This document shows, piece after piece, positions 12,754 through 25,645 of a DNA stretch of 64,000 nt (position 1 is the stretch's first letter; every line of letters begins with the position of its first letter). This DNA is from Eledone cirrhosa (Eukaryota). The notes beneath the pieces are model-generated. The model was given only the letters and a program-made list of their open reading frames with translations. It was not told where the DNA came from and searched no databases. The DNA lies in assembly GCA_964016885.1 (NCBI GenBank), contig OZ024741.1, positions 133,052,001 through 133,116,000 on the forward strand, in the 5' to 3' direction. The translations under genes were made by a program, and so were the position numbers.

Positions 12754-13277
12754 ATAGGCAGTGTATTTCATTAGAAATATGGTAATGAAAGGGTTAAAAA
12801 TATTAAACACTTTTCTGATGTAGCGTTCAGTGTTTTGTCTCAGGACTTTACACAAATCAGCAGGCCAGATGAAGGGAGGGGGTCAGGTAGAACTGATAGC
12901 ATGGGTTCTATGATTTTGAAGCAACCTATCCTTTTGAAGGCCCTATCATATATGAAATTTATAGTTCACACCTATGTAAGTATAGCTGGCCTCCTATGAG
13001 GTTGAATCTCAGGTTTCTTGGGTGTATAAATGATAGGGGTCCAAGTTCTATCATGAAAAACAGCATGAAATGAAGCAACTTCCTCAAGAACATAGCTCAC
13101 CAGCTTGTCCAGGAATCAAACCCACAACCTTATGGTTATGAGTCCAACACTCCAACCACCAAACCTTTACTGCAGTTAATTAGATTTTAATAATAAAAAA
13201 ACACACTATTTGTTCCTATGTGTGAGATTTCTAAATTCTTTCTCAGTTGTTTTCTTACACTATTCACATGATTTTAA

Positions 13278-13496
13278 CCCTTTAGCATTTAAACTGGCTG
13301 TACCCGGCCAGAATTCTCTCACTTCTTTCTGTTTAAACCGGCCATAACCAGCTGCTCATACTGATGTTAAGGTATTATTCTCAAAATAAATATCAAAATC
13401 TCATAGATTTGATATTATGTGATATAATTATGTGAGGTAAAGTGTTTACCATAAAAATATAATAAGTAAATATAGAGTAATGTAGATGCTAAAGGG
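13278..13496. mobile_element. piggyBac-like MITE, second family
   Basis: TTAA-CCCTTTAGCAT ... ATGCTAAAGGG-TTAA: perfect 11-bp terminal inverted repeat with TTAA target duplication. Confidence 0.85.
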
Positions 13497-14129
13497 TTAA
13501 AAGAAATGGAGGATGTTTCTTATTTTGACTTTAACATCTCTTTGTTGGAATATTTCTTACATCTATCATAGATTTGAAAACCTATCAGATGTGTGTGTAT
13601 GTCTGTATGTGTATATATGTGCTTATATAAATATACGTGCGTGTATTTATAAGTGTGTGAGTGTATGCGTGTATATGCATATGTAAATGTGTGTACATGT
13701 ATAAGAGTGTGAGTATGTGTATATATGCATATGTAAATGTGTGTACATGTATCTATGTATATGTGAATGGGTGGATGTATTTACGCATATGTGTATGTGT
13801 ATATATATTCTTATATAAATGTGTATCTATGTATTTATGTATATATGTGTATGTATAATTATGCATATGTAAATGTGTGTATATTATGTGTGGGTGGGTG
13901 TATGTGTGTGTGCACGCGTGCTTCTGTGTGTTTATATTAAGATAACTTTGCTTTTCATTCTTTCAAGTTTGATAAACTAAGTCAACTTCAGTGAGATTTC
14001 AAGACAGAATCCAGAGAGATGCAACTAAGTATCAACAGGAACTTTGTTCCATGTTCTACCAATTCTGCTAATCCACTGTTCCAACACCACAAGGTATTGC
14101 TTTCTATGCACTAGTAAGTTAGCCATTCC

Positions 14130-14275
14130 CCTATTCCAACACAAGACATTTTATCCAATGTTCTCCCAATTCTACCCACATTCTCCTAATTCTAACCATG
14201 TTCTCCCAATTCTACCTATGTTCTCCCAATTCTACCCACATTCTTCTAATTATACCCACGTTCTACTCATCCACT
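14130..14275. repeat. Minisatellite, 20-bp unit (TTCTCCCAATTCTACCCACA-like)
   Basis: About 6 degenerate tandem units. Confidence 0.8.
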
Positions 14276-14309
14276 GCCTTTACTTACAAACAGTAAAACA
14301 GTTATAATA

Positions 14310-14522
14310 TTAATTTCTACTTTAGGCACAATGCCAGTAACTTTTGAGGCAAAGATGAAAACCAAATAAATCAACCCCAGTACTTGACTGGTACTTTTCT
14401 TTATCAACCTCAGAAGAATGAAGTTGCTTTTCATGGCATTTTAATTCAGAATGAAAAGAGCAAGAACAAATACTGCTAAGCATTTGTCCAACACTGTAAT
14501 GACTCTGCCAATCCACTGCCTT
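14310..14522 (-). mobile_element. Degenerate Nin-like SINE
   Basis: ACTGGTACTTTTCTTTATCAACCTC..GAATGAA core and CTGCCAATCCAC head. Confidence 0.6.
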
Positions 14523-15204
14523 GTAGTAATTGCAATAATAATTGTAGTAATTGTAACAGTAATTGCAATAATAATTTTCTACATTGGTGCAAAGCTATAG
14601 ATTTGTTGAAGAAAGTATTCCAACTCTTAGTGTGTATTTAGTACTTATTTCATTGATAACAGAAAGATAAATACAATTTGGAATACAATAAAAATAAAAT
14701 CTTTTAAGGAACAAAACCAAAAAATATTATGCAAATAAGTGATAACATTTAAATTTATATAAGATACAATGCCAAAACCATGACAAAAATCATGCTCAAA
14801 TTATAAAATGAATAAATTATCAGTTTTAAATACCCTAACATGTTGAAATAAATGCCAAAACTGTTTTAATGTCAGAAAAACAGAATTGGCCAATTAAGAA
14901 AATATTAAAAAGCAGAAACCTTGTTATTTAGCTGGCACTAGTGAACAAAATCTAGGTCCTTAGAATGTTGTGACATTAAATTGTTATCAACAATACAAGG
15001 AGCAAAAATATTTCTGAAGTGCTGTGATTAGCCATCACTATCATCATCATCAATGTCTTAATGTTGGTTTCCCATGCTGACATATGCTACAGGTTTGATG
15101 TAAAGCATATTGCCACTCATCTCTGACATCTGCCTCGCTTCTATGGCTACTTTCTATTGTTAATTTGACATTTTTTTACTCAATGTCCCTACAGACACAG
15201 TAGT

Positions 15205-15556
15205 AATTGACGGACTTCCATTGGTTTCCAGATTAGTGTTCCAACTATTTGATCAAAGGAGCAGCCTGCTCATGAAATTAACATGTAAGTGGCTGAGCAT
15301 TCTGCAGTCACATGTACCTTTAATGTAATTTTCAGGGAGATTCAGTGACACAATGTGTGACAAGGCTGGCACTGTGACTTGCAGGTACAGTCCATCTGAT
15401 AGACTTCCAAACAGTTTCTGTCTACCAAATTTCACTAACCAGGCATGGATTGACCCGAGGCTGTGGTAAATAACACTTGCTCAAGATGCCATGCAAAGGG
15501 ATAGAACCCAAGACCTAATGATTGCAAAGTGAGCCTCTTGGTCATTTGGCCATGCT
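15205..15556 (-). mobile_element. tRNA-derived SINE with a Meta-like central domain
   Basis: Minus strand has a tRNA-like head, a GTGAAATTTGGTAGACAGAAACTG core and a tail shared with the 3508 SINE. Confidence 0.65.
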
Positions 15557-16778
15557 GTGTCCAGTAGTAGCTCCTGTCTTTAATACTTAGTCACTTTCCT
15601 TCAAGCTCACTTGTATACTGACTTTCATTACTTATACAATGATCAAGCTCACTTCATTTCGCTACAGACTTTCAACATCTACATGCAATAAACATGTCAC
15701 ATTACCATGCTTTTAACATATGCTTCACACAATCTACCTTTCACAAGAGAGCAACAGCTTTATCAACTTGTTATTTTCCATGCTTTTATTATACTCAAGC
15801 AAGGCATCTTCTCCAAACACTATAACAATCCAATCAAGCTACATCCCTGGACTACTACTTATTTTATTAATACAAGAAGGAAGAAAGGCAAAGTTGATAT
15901 CACCAAAATTTGAACACTGGGCAAGGCATTTTCTCCAACACTTTCAATTCCTCGGGACCTACTGCGAAGGGTTCTGCAGGAGTATGGGATTAATGGTCAG
16001 CTCCTTGCTGCCCCAGTGTCTCTATATGAATGCCTATTTATGTTCGGATAAATGGTGCTAAATTGAAACCATTCAATGTGGGAGTTGGAGACCCAAACCC
16101 ATCCTATTTATTTTATAATGTATGGGATTTCTAGTAATGTACTTTTTTTTGTCATGTATAATGTTTTTTAATGTATATAGAAAATTGTCGCAGAAATGCA
16201 ACCACTTAAAACAAAATTTCAATAGTTTAGCAAAATTTAATAAGCAGCATGGTTGGAAAAAATCTGAAAAATTAATAAGGGGAGTGGGGTTATCTGAGAC
16301 CCGCGAGTACATCTGTTTCTCTCAATTTTATGGAACGCATCTATCTCTCTCACTCCATCTCTTCCCTCTCTTCCACACACTACCTTTCCCTCTTTCTCTT
16401 CCACTCCCTGTCCCCCTTCTTTCTAACTAACTAAAGTGTACGAATGACCAAGCGGAATTATAATATAGATAACCCCATTAAATTACAAATGCTTCTCAAA
16501 CTCAGAGAATATCAAACACTGAGTCATAGCACCTGCTTCAAATATTTGTGCAGTTCTAAAATGTCCTTAAAATATCTTTATTCTAGAAGGTGGTGCTTAA
16601 ATGACTGAATCTAACAAAAGAATAGAATAAAGGATAATACAAATTTACATGTAATAAAATAATTTGTTTTGAGGGAGGAGTAAATCTCTTATCGAAACAT
16701 AAAACCTGCTGTACGTGTAGAATGCAAAATTATATAGTTTCCTCATGAAAGTAAAAACTGTTTAGCATGCAGACTAGG

Positions 16779-16914
16779 CTACAAAAATTATAAACACTCC
16801 TCTTTTCCTGTATTAAAACATCTGAAATACTATTCAACTGACCACTCAGCTACAAAAATGATAAACACTCCTCTTTTCCTTTATTAAAACATCTGAAATA
16901 CTATTCAACTGACC
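16779..16914. repeat. Tandem duplication of about 70 bp
   Basis: CTACAAAAAT.ATAAACACTCCTCTTTTCCT.TATTAAAACATCTGAAATACTATTCAACTGACC occurs twice. Confidence 0.9.
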
Positions 16915-16941
16915 GGCCTTAATTCTAAAGATTGTAATCAA

Positions 16942-17375
16942 ATCATCATCATCATCATCATCATTTAACATCCACTTTCCCTGCCAGCAAGGGTTAAATG
17001 GGTTATCACAGACTAAGTCTGTTATTGACCTCTCAGTCAAGCTGATAAGATACATTTCGCTTACATATGTTCTCAGATTGTACAGAGTGCACTGCATGCA
17101 TTTTATCATGGCACCAGCACTAGGGAGGTTGACATGTCCTTGACCTCTCGGCCAGTAGTTTGGCAAGTTTTATATGGCTAGATGCCCTTTTTATCACCAA
17201 CCACTTTATGGCGTGTACTAGGTGCATTTTATTATGTCACCAATGCTAGAGAGGTTGCCATACTCTTGACACAACTGAAGAGTCTAGCATGGTTTCTACA
17301 GCTGGATGCCCTTCCTATCCCCAACCACCTTATAGTGTGTGTTGGGTGCATCTTTCATAGCACCAGCACTAGACA
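16942..17375 (-). mobile_element. Degenerate element with an RTE-type 3' UTR and tail
   Basis: (CAT)n tail and two copies of the GCTGGATGCCCTTCCT..CCAACCAC motif. Similar remnants occur at 22660-22955 (+), 29980-30260 (-) and 34757-35030 (-). Confidence 0.6.
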
Positions 17376-17499
17376 TATACATAAATAAATTTTCAAAATT
17401 GAACATTGAATTGATGTAAATTAAATACTAAAATCAATATCTTAATTATTTAATACGGTTATATGTATCTATAAAACATTTTCTACTCTCAATTTCCTT

Positions 17500-17760
17500 T
17501 TATATATATATATAAAGTTGATAAATAAAACACATAGATGCAAAAGTACAAAGTCTCATTAGGTTCGCGCTTAGAGGAAGTGGAGGAGGGTTCTACATTT
17601 TGGACGGAAGTCCTTTGTCAGACAAGTTCGGATAGGCTGAGAACAGATAGGTACATGAAAGTTGTGTGGAAGTTAGGAAAAGAGTGGTAGGTTGGGAGTA
17701 GTAGGCATGAGGTCAAGCATTCGGAAGTGGGAGCTGAAATGGAGGGTCCAGGTGTGTCAT
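17500..17760 (-). mobile_element. Old Penelope-like terminal repeat remnant with a decayed hammerhead motif
   Basis: Minus strand 17626-17588 reads CTGACAA-A-GGAC-TTCC-GTCC-AAAA-TG-TA, which is CTGACGA...GAAACG after three CpG transitions. The 3' end runs into (TA)n. Confidence 0.5.
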
Positions 17761-18715
17761 GGGTGTGGTTGTGTGTGCGTGCCGAAAGGATGAAATTGGT
17801 AGGTGTGCATTATTGCTTCAGTTTGTGTGTGCACACTGGTGTGTATGTCTGTGAGTTCTTTGTTTTTTGTGCATGTGTATGCACGTGAATGTGTGTGACT
17901 TTTTTCTATTGTTTCTATGTATGTGAGTGTGTACATTTGTGTGTGTGTGTATTTTCATACGTTGGATGAATGAGTGTATGTGACTCCACATGTTTATGAC
18001 TTTGTATTATCTGTAAGAAGGTTTGAGTGCATGTGTGTGTATGTTTATGTATGGGTGTGTGTGTATGTAACATTTTTCTATTGTTTCTATGTGTGTACGT
18101 TTGTGTGTGTGAGTGTAGTTTCATGTGTGTGTCTGATGAGTGCATGTTTGTGACTGTGTATTGTCTGTAGTGGTATATATATCTATATATTAATTTGAAC
18201 AATGTCAGTATTCCGCGTGCCATAATTCTCGATTATCATTGGTTCATAGGTTTCAAACGACTCAGCCCACCTCAACGAGGCCAAACTAAAATTAATATGC
18301 ATAATGCCAATGAGGGAGTGAGAGGGGAGAGAGAGGCAAAGTGAACGCTATGTTTGGATACACTATGTATATGTGTCAGTGCAGAGACGTGTGTGTGTGT
18401 GTGGAAATAAGAGGGGAAGAAAAGCAATAACTATTAACATGTGTGCGTGTGTATGTACGTGCGCGTATGTTTATGTGTGTGCGTGCATGCAGCGTTCCAC
18501 AGAAAGTAACAACTATCAACATGTGCCAGTGTGTGCGTAAGTTTGCGTGCGTGTGCACGTTTCCATGCGTGTAAGTGTGTGTACGTGCGGTATCCCACAA
18601 TCGCCATGCAGTTTATCTGTCTGTGTGCCTGTCTGTCAGTCTAACATACACAGAGTTGTGAAGGGAGTAAATAGGGACCTTTTTTTACATTGACGGACAT
18701 CTTTTATATTAATTA

Positions 18716-19081
18716 TCTATATCTATATCTACATATAATATAAAAGATTGGAACTTCCATCATCCTTTTGAGAAACGTGGAACAACCACGTCTATGCAAT
18801 GATACACGTTTTACAGTCAGGCAGAAGATGAACCATCTCCTATCTCCTAGAGGTCACTATTCTAGGTGGGAGCACCTAGAATTGTTCATATACTATGCAC
18901 AAACGGTACAACGAAGAATCTGGTATATCTGGAAGATTTTTTTTACTGTTTTTTGTATCACACAGACACCACGGACTCGCCTCATACTGTAACCAGACAA
19001 ACATCCAATACAGTCATTTTCTCTTTTACTTGTCTTCTCTTATCATCTGTTTACCCGGGCGAAGCTGGGTACGTCAGCTAG
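18716..19081 (+). mobile_element. Non-autonomous Helitron-like element
   Basis: 5' A|TC-TATAT start, subterminal hairpin TACCCGG-GCGAAG-CTGGGTA, 3' CTAG|T end, and no target duplication. Confidence 0.7.
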
Positions 19082-19454
19082 TTATATATATATATATATA
19101 TATATATATAGCTTTAGATTCAGAGTTTGTTTAGAAGCCTAAAATCTGTTCAGATTGACAAAAGTTTGTAAAATACAAAATTTCAGCTGTATTGTGCTGT
19201 CATTAACAGACATGAAAAAATACCATGAAAATCAAATACTGAATACTATGTGAAAATAATAAAAATAACCCAATTTACTTTTTGTTCTTATCTAATATTG
19301 TCAGAGGCAAGACAAAATAACTGAGAAAACTAATTTAGAGAATCTTGTCAAACATTTAATGTAATTGCTGCATGTGAATAGCAAAACAGTATATCCTCAC
19401 ATCAGTAAGGTAAGCACTATAAAATATGTTTTATGTTCTGCTATTAATTCCTAT

Positions 19455-19605
19455 AGGTGCGACAAATTGGCAGAGTTGGTAGAGGGTCGGATAAAGTGCT
19501 TTGCACTATTTGTTCAGGCTGTCTGCGCTCCGAGTTCAAATCCTGCTGAAGTCGACTTTACCTTTCATTTTTTCGAGGTCGATAAAAAAAAAAGTACCAG
19601 TCCAG
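19455..19605 (+). mobile_element. Nin-like SINE
   Basis: TGGCAGAGTTGG A-box, GAGTTCAAATCC B-box and the core. Other degenerate copies lie near 21100, 21530, 25640-26050, 26652 and 29730. Confidence 0.75.
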
Positions 19606-19996
19606 TACGTCTTGCTCCTTTCCTCTCTCTCATTCTTCCCCTCCTTCACTGAAAGAAATCAGCTCTATTCACGCCTGGAGAGGAGAGATGGGATTCGCCT
19701 TGTTTGAAATGCCCAAGATGCACCATATATCACTACAATGCCCTTCAACACCACCAGAAGTTATGGATATATACATACATTAGTTCCTAAAGAAAAGAAG
19801 AGATGTGCCTATTGCTTTAATTGGCCTTCTTAGATTAAGGTATACAAGCCAACTAGGGAGCTTCTAGAGCTAGAAATAGCAACAAAATCTCCCTAAAATC
19901 ATACCTAACCAAAATAAGGTAGACCTAGATACACTATGGCTGAAAAATATAACTGATAGTCAAAGCTGAAATACCTTTCATCATAGGTCTGTTTAA

Positions 19997-20213
19997 CCCT
20001 TTCATTGCCATATTTCTATCACTGTAATTTCTAATTAATTTTTTAAATAATCAAGTATTTCAAGGGAGTTAGTAATATAACTAACTTTTTCAATTATTAA
20101 GCTAGTGTTTGGAGCACAACCTAACAAATGTTCTTATATAAAATTATGATGGAAGGTTTTTAGATTAATAAAATTACTTTATGATGGTTTTAGGGAGTTT
20201 GGTATCAAAAGGG
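19997..20213. mobile_element. TTAA-type MITE (family of 471-854)
   Basis: TTAA-CCCTTT ... CAAAAGGG-TTTA termini and a shared body. Confidence 0.7.
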
Positions 20214-20668
20214 TTTAATATAAGGTTGTGGGAAGATGAAAAAGCAGTGATTAGTGGCAGGAGGGGCTATATAGTCAACAAATTGAGAAAAGTTCAGAAA
20301 ATAGTTTTTCAGTGTTGGCTAGTGTTGAAGAAATAAGACTGTGTGGTACAGTAGTTCTACCAGTTTGTTCTGACAAATAAAGCAGCAACTTTAGAGAAAC
20401 TTATCTACAATATATATTCAGTAAAGATTAACAACACTTCACAATAGATATTCTTAAATAGAATAAAGATAAAAAGGGTGTAACACATTTTCTTAACTAA
20501 ATGGTCACACCCTAAGGTATTTTTCACATAATCATACTTAAACTTGAAATGAATGAATGAATGAATTACAGTTAGCCCTTTCATTAACATTCCTCTGAAG
20601 AAAAACACTACTGCTGATTTTTAAATCATTTTATAAATCATCAAGAATTTGAAAAGATTTTGTAATAC

Positions 20669-20760
20669 AGGGTGTCCCCAAAAAATGTACACATAGTTTG
20701 AATGATGATAAAAACAATGTTTATATATACATTCTAGCAGGAGTCCATGCCTTCAAAGAA
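20669..20760 (+). mobile_element. Possible Tc1/mariner left-end remnant
   Basis: TA-CAGGGTGTCCCCAAAAAATGTA resembles a Tc1/mariner terminus. No partner end was found. Confidence 0.35.
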
Positions 20761-21807
20761 GAAGATACTGATTGAAGAGTTGAATTTTGTGAGTGGTACT
20801 TAGTGAAATGTGATTGAAAGGGATTGTGCCTAAATACCAAATGAAAAAAAAAAAAATCACAAAATCATCAATTCCATCCATCAGCAGTGTCTGGACCAGA
20901 ATGGTCATTATTTTTAACATTTTAGATACCTTTCATAACTCAAAAATTTGTAAGCCTCTCTTGAATAATAAAAACTTTAATATTCTATATAAACATTGTT
21001 TTTATCACCATTCAAAGTGCATATACGGTTTTGAGGGGATAAACTGTACAACTAACTTTCGCATTATTAAGCTGGTGTTATGGCAGTATATTGGTAGATT
21101 ATCAAACAAAATAGCTTACAGTATTTAGTTACAACTTTTAAACTTCTAAGTTCAACTTCTATTGAGGTCAACTTTGCCTTTCATCCTTCCGGGGTTAATA
21201 AAATATAGTACCAGTTAAGTACTGAAGTCAGTATAATCAACTGTATCTTTCCTCAAAATTGCTCAGAATAATTAAGCTGGTGTTTGAAACACTAACTTTC
21301 TTACATGAAATTATAATAGAAGATTTTTAGGAAAATATAAACACTTTAAAATAAACAGCTTTGTACTGTAGAATGAGCGGAAGCTTCAGGCATTTGGGTA
21401 TCAAGAGGGCTTAAAAGTGAATCTCGAACATTCCTCAAACTATCAGAAACTGCAATAAACAGCTTAGTAAAAGTGTGATGGCAATTGAGATTTTCTTTGA
21501 CACAAGGCAGTCTGTAAGAGCTTAAATAATTGTTTCTACTTTTGGCACAAGGCCAGCAGTTACCCAGTACATCACTGGTACTTCATTTTATCGACCCCGT
21601 AAGGATGAAAGGCAAAGTTAACCTCGGCGGGATTTTTAGATACATCACTAATGCAAGTTTTTTTTTTTTTTTCTATTCTTAAAGATTAATTCTAGTTTCT
21701 AAACGAACTATCAAGACATAGTTGCTGTTCAGTTTGTTAAGACAACTCATGCAGTTTCTTAGATAGTCTCCTCTAGCACTAACATTATTCATTGTTAGGC
21801 ATAACTA

Positions 21808-22243
21808 GGGTGGTGAATTGGCAGTAACGGTAGAGCACCGGACAACATGCTTTATGGCATTTAGTTACAGTCCTTATACTCTGAGTTCAAATCCAGCCGA
21901 AGTTAGCTCTGCCTTTTATCCTTACGGGAGCGATAAAATAAAGTACCAGTAACACACTGGGGGTCAATTTAATTGACTTTCCCCTCTCCCTAAATTACTG
22001 ACCTTGTGCCTACAGTAGAAACCATTATTAGGTACAACTAGGGCAGTAGATTAGCAGTATTGTTAGAGTGTCGGACAACATGCTTTACAGCATAGAGTTA
22101 TGTCCTTTTATGCTCTGAGTTCAAATCCTGCTGAGATTAACTTTGCCTTTCATCCTTACAGGGTCAATAAAATAAAGTACCAGTAATCAACTTTTCCCTT
22201 TCCTCCAAATTGCTGGCCTTGTTCCAAATGTAAAAACAATTAT
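21808..22243 (+). mobile_element. Two tandem Nin-like SINEs
   Basis: Two A-box/B-box/core units arranged head to tail. Confidence 0.85.
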
Positions 22244-23429
22244 TAAGTATAACTGTTTACATAACATTCAGCTCCATCACAAGACATTAGTAATTTCCAT
22301 TAAAAAAAAAAAAGATAGACATACTACACTAAACTGCACTCTTGCACCTGACTACAATAATGTATATATTTACTTCAAACATCAAACCACATTAGCAAGA
22401 CTTTCTTGAAAATATACAAAACAAGCACTGTGACTGCATCAGACTAAAAGTCGAAGTCTTAACCTAATACTTTAAATATACTATAAACATTTGAATTAAC
22501 ATATCTTATTTTTTAGATATTTTCTGCTATTTCATTACAGGTTGTTAAGAGTTAAGCAATAAAGTGAAAGAAAAATATAATTCCAAGACTAATAACAAAC
22601 TCAAGTTTTGAGATGCAGACTTAATTATTTGATTTTTTTTTTAAATTATTTAGTCCATCCTGTAAGGTGATCAGGATGGTAACACAAGAAAAAGCACCCA
22701 GTCCACCCTATCAGGTGGTCGTGCTAGTGACATGACAAAAAGCATCCAATCCACCCTGTTAGGTGGGCGTTTTGATGCCACTATAAAAAAAGCACCCAGT
22801 CCACACTGTAACGTGGTTGGTGTTAGGAAGGACATCCATCATAGAAACCAAGCCATATGAACATGACATGGTCTCCGGACCTGACTTGTCTCATAACGTG
22901 ACAACCCATCTAACACATGCAGGCATGAAAAATGGATGTTAAGTAGTGATGATGATATTTTCAAAGGATATTTTCAAAGGCTGAGAATACATCCTTTTAA
23001 AAAATTTATCTCATAATTAATCATAGCCAATAGGCCTAAAAGAATCTAAGAGTAAGATAAATACTTAGCAAAGAGTGAGGTTTGATTGAAAACAACCCGA
23101 GTTAAACTTAAGGGTGGGATAACAACGCAGTAATAGAATGCCTCTATATTAGAGACAAGGCGATTTTATCAATCTTTATAAAAAAAAAGTCTACATATAT
23201 ATGTTTTGAACAATGAAAATAAAACATAAAGCAAAGATTGGTGCTTAATTAGTTCATTGTTTACGAACGTTTCAGAAGGTTGATTGACCATGATAAACCA
23301 ACATATTGACTAATCAATAGTGGTTATGCCACCCCATATTATTAGTCTCGATATTCTAGATCCATCTCACAGTCTCCACAGAAACAATAGTCTACATCAA
23401 AAAGCAACGTTAAAAACTATCTAAACTAT

Positions 23430-23640
23430 AATAAAGGGAGACGCGCGGGAGTGTGTACGGTTTATAATTTGTTATCCCATTAGCAAAATAAGTTGGATTA
23501 CTTTGAATAAATAATGAATATTACATAATTTATCTACTAAATTTCATGGCTGTTCATTAAATATATTTTATTATTTATTTAAAGATTCACTTCTTTAAAT
23601 TTTTCAAATGTCAACACTTCCGGTGGCGATCGCTTAAATA
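23430..23640. promoter_or_regulatory. Possible housekeeping-type promoter
   Basis: Non-repetitive segment retaining CpGs, with an ETS-like ACTTCCGGT (about 23616) and an E2F-like GCGCGGGA (about 23443). Motif evidence only. Confidence 0.25.
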
Positions 23641-24089
23641 AACATTAATTTTCTGTCACTAATTTTCTCCTAATGCAGTTTATATATAATATCGTCTTTT
23701 TTTAATGTATCATGGATTACGTTACTGATTACATAAGACAGTGTAACACAGTCTTCGTTCAATTTCTGTGTATATTGTCAATTACGATTTTATTTGATGT
23801 ATCTACATGTATATATACTTGCGTATAATATCAATATACACACTACACATGCTAGCAGAAAACCACCCAAAGAGTGGTTTTTCTGCTAGTTATCTTAATA
23901 TTACATCATTTTATCCTCAATTTTTTAATATTATTCTTACATTTATTTTTCTTTTATTTAATCCTTTATCATTTTATTTATTTCAATATTTTCCTGTTCT
24001 TTTTTTTTATATACAGAAAAATGTATACAAAGCAAGAAGGAAATGAAGAATAGAAGAAAAAAGAAAAGAAATAAAATGAAAGAAGAAAT

Positions 24090-24400
24090 GTTCGTGGGCA
24101 CCTGAAGTCTTGATGGCAACTGGTATGAAATGGAAGCTATCTGTCAAACCCAAGTATTTGGCAATTTTCCTCTCCTCTGTACTGTGGGTGGCAGTACCTG
24201 GGTTTGCAACCAAAGCAACAAGGTTGGAGGCAGAGAACAATTGCAGCACATAGCATCCCAGATTAGGGATTTACCTCTCTTGAATGGGAAGAAAATTACC
24301 CCATCTGAGCATTTACCATCGCCGTGATCGAGGCCAGCTGGCTACAGTCGTGATGGGAAGCCAGCCACATCGAAGCTCCTTTGGATTATGTCATTATCTA
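24090..24400 (-). mobile_element. Fragment of a CRE-like non-LTR retrotransposon (restriction-like endonuclease domain)
   Basis: Frameshifted minus translation PAGLDHGDGKCSDGVIFFPFKRGKSLIWDA...EERKIAKY...FIPVAIKTSG matches the pattern RPDG..WD..K..KY..FxPxAxETxG. Confidence 0.75.
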
Positions 24401-25379
24401 TCTGCCTGCATCCAATATGATGTTGCCACTACTCATCATCTCGTTAGTTAACTACTGTTGAGATTCTACTAATACTACCTCCTGCCAACTCCTCAAGTCT
24501 TCAAACAAATGAGAAATTTCTATGTGGTTGTTCAAGCTGCTAAAAATGGTTGCCAAATCTCCTTCAAATAATACCCTCCCACCTTTAAAAAGAAAAGGAA
24601 AGATATATTGAATAATATAGTCTGGGATAAACTATGTCTAAAAAGAAGGAATGTGCCTGACTAGAATGGCTTCAATCATGGGTCTCTTTGGGCAGAGTTA
24701 AGCAACAACATCCTTAAATGTTCAGATAACTTTCAAATGATCTGCCACTGCTAATATCTTTTCCAGCACCACCATCCCCCACTCTGCTTCTCCTATTTCC
24801 ATGACACTAAATATGAAAATTTGTTTCCCAACTTACCCTTTTGACACCAAACCTCTTGAAACTGCTTCTGATTTTACAATATGCAACTGTTTGGTATTTA
24901 AATAAATATTTATATTTATCTAAATACCTCCCATCATAGTTCTATGTATGAACCTTTGTTAAACGATGTTCCAAACACCTGCTTAACGTGCAGTTAATCC
25001 TTGCTATAGTAGTTCTAAATCAAATTTTGTGCAGTGTTTACATGTTGTCTCAAATACTATGTATCCTTAGAGATTAAATGAGGGTTAAAAGACTTAAAAC
25101 ACTTATAAACTGCTTCTCAGACATGGTATCTGCCTCAAAGATTGTGTAGTTCTAAAATTTCCTTAAACTCTGTATTAAAGCAATAGAAACGTCAACTTGG
25201 TAGAATTATTATATTCAAGTAGGCAGCTGTTACATGGTAATGTAATAATTACTGAAATTTCAATGAGAGAAAAAAAGCATAAAACTTTAAATTCAATCAA
25301 TACTAATATATAGTTCCCCAACATGGTTTTAATTATTCTAGCTACCACGGCTGAAGAACAAACACACATACACCAACGC

Positions 25380-25645
25380 TGCAGCTCACACCTATGCAGA
25401 TTTAGCTGGCCTCCTACAAGGGTGTATCTCAGAGATTTCTTGGATATTTAAATGATAGGATACCCAGCCCTGTCATGTTTTTGTTATCACAGCTCACACC
25501 TAGATAGGTTTAGATAGCCTCCTACAATGGTGTATCTCGTATGAGGTTTCTTGGGTGTTTTAATGGACTAGGGGCCCCAGTCCTGTCATGTTGTTAACCT
25601 CACTTATGCACATTTAGCTAGCTTCCTACGAGGTTGTATCTCAGG
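25380..25645. repeat. Tandem repeat with a unit of about 110 bp (about 2.4 copies); related single copy at about 12960-13055
   Basis: GCTCACACCTA...GCTGGCCTCCTACAAGGGTGTATCTC recurs. Confidence 0.7.
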
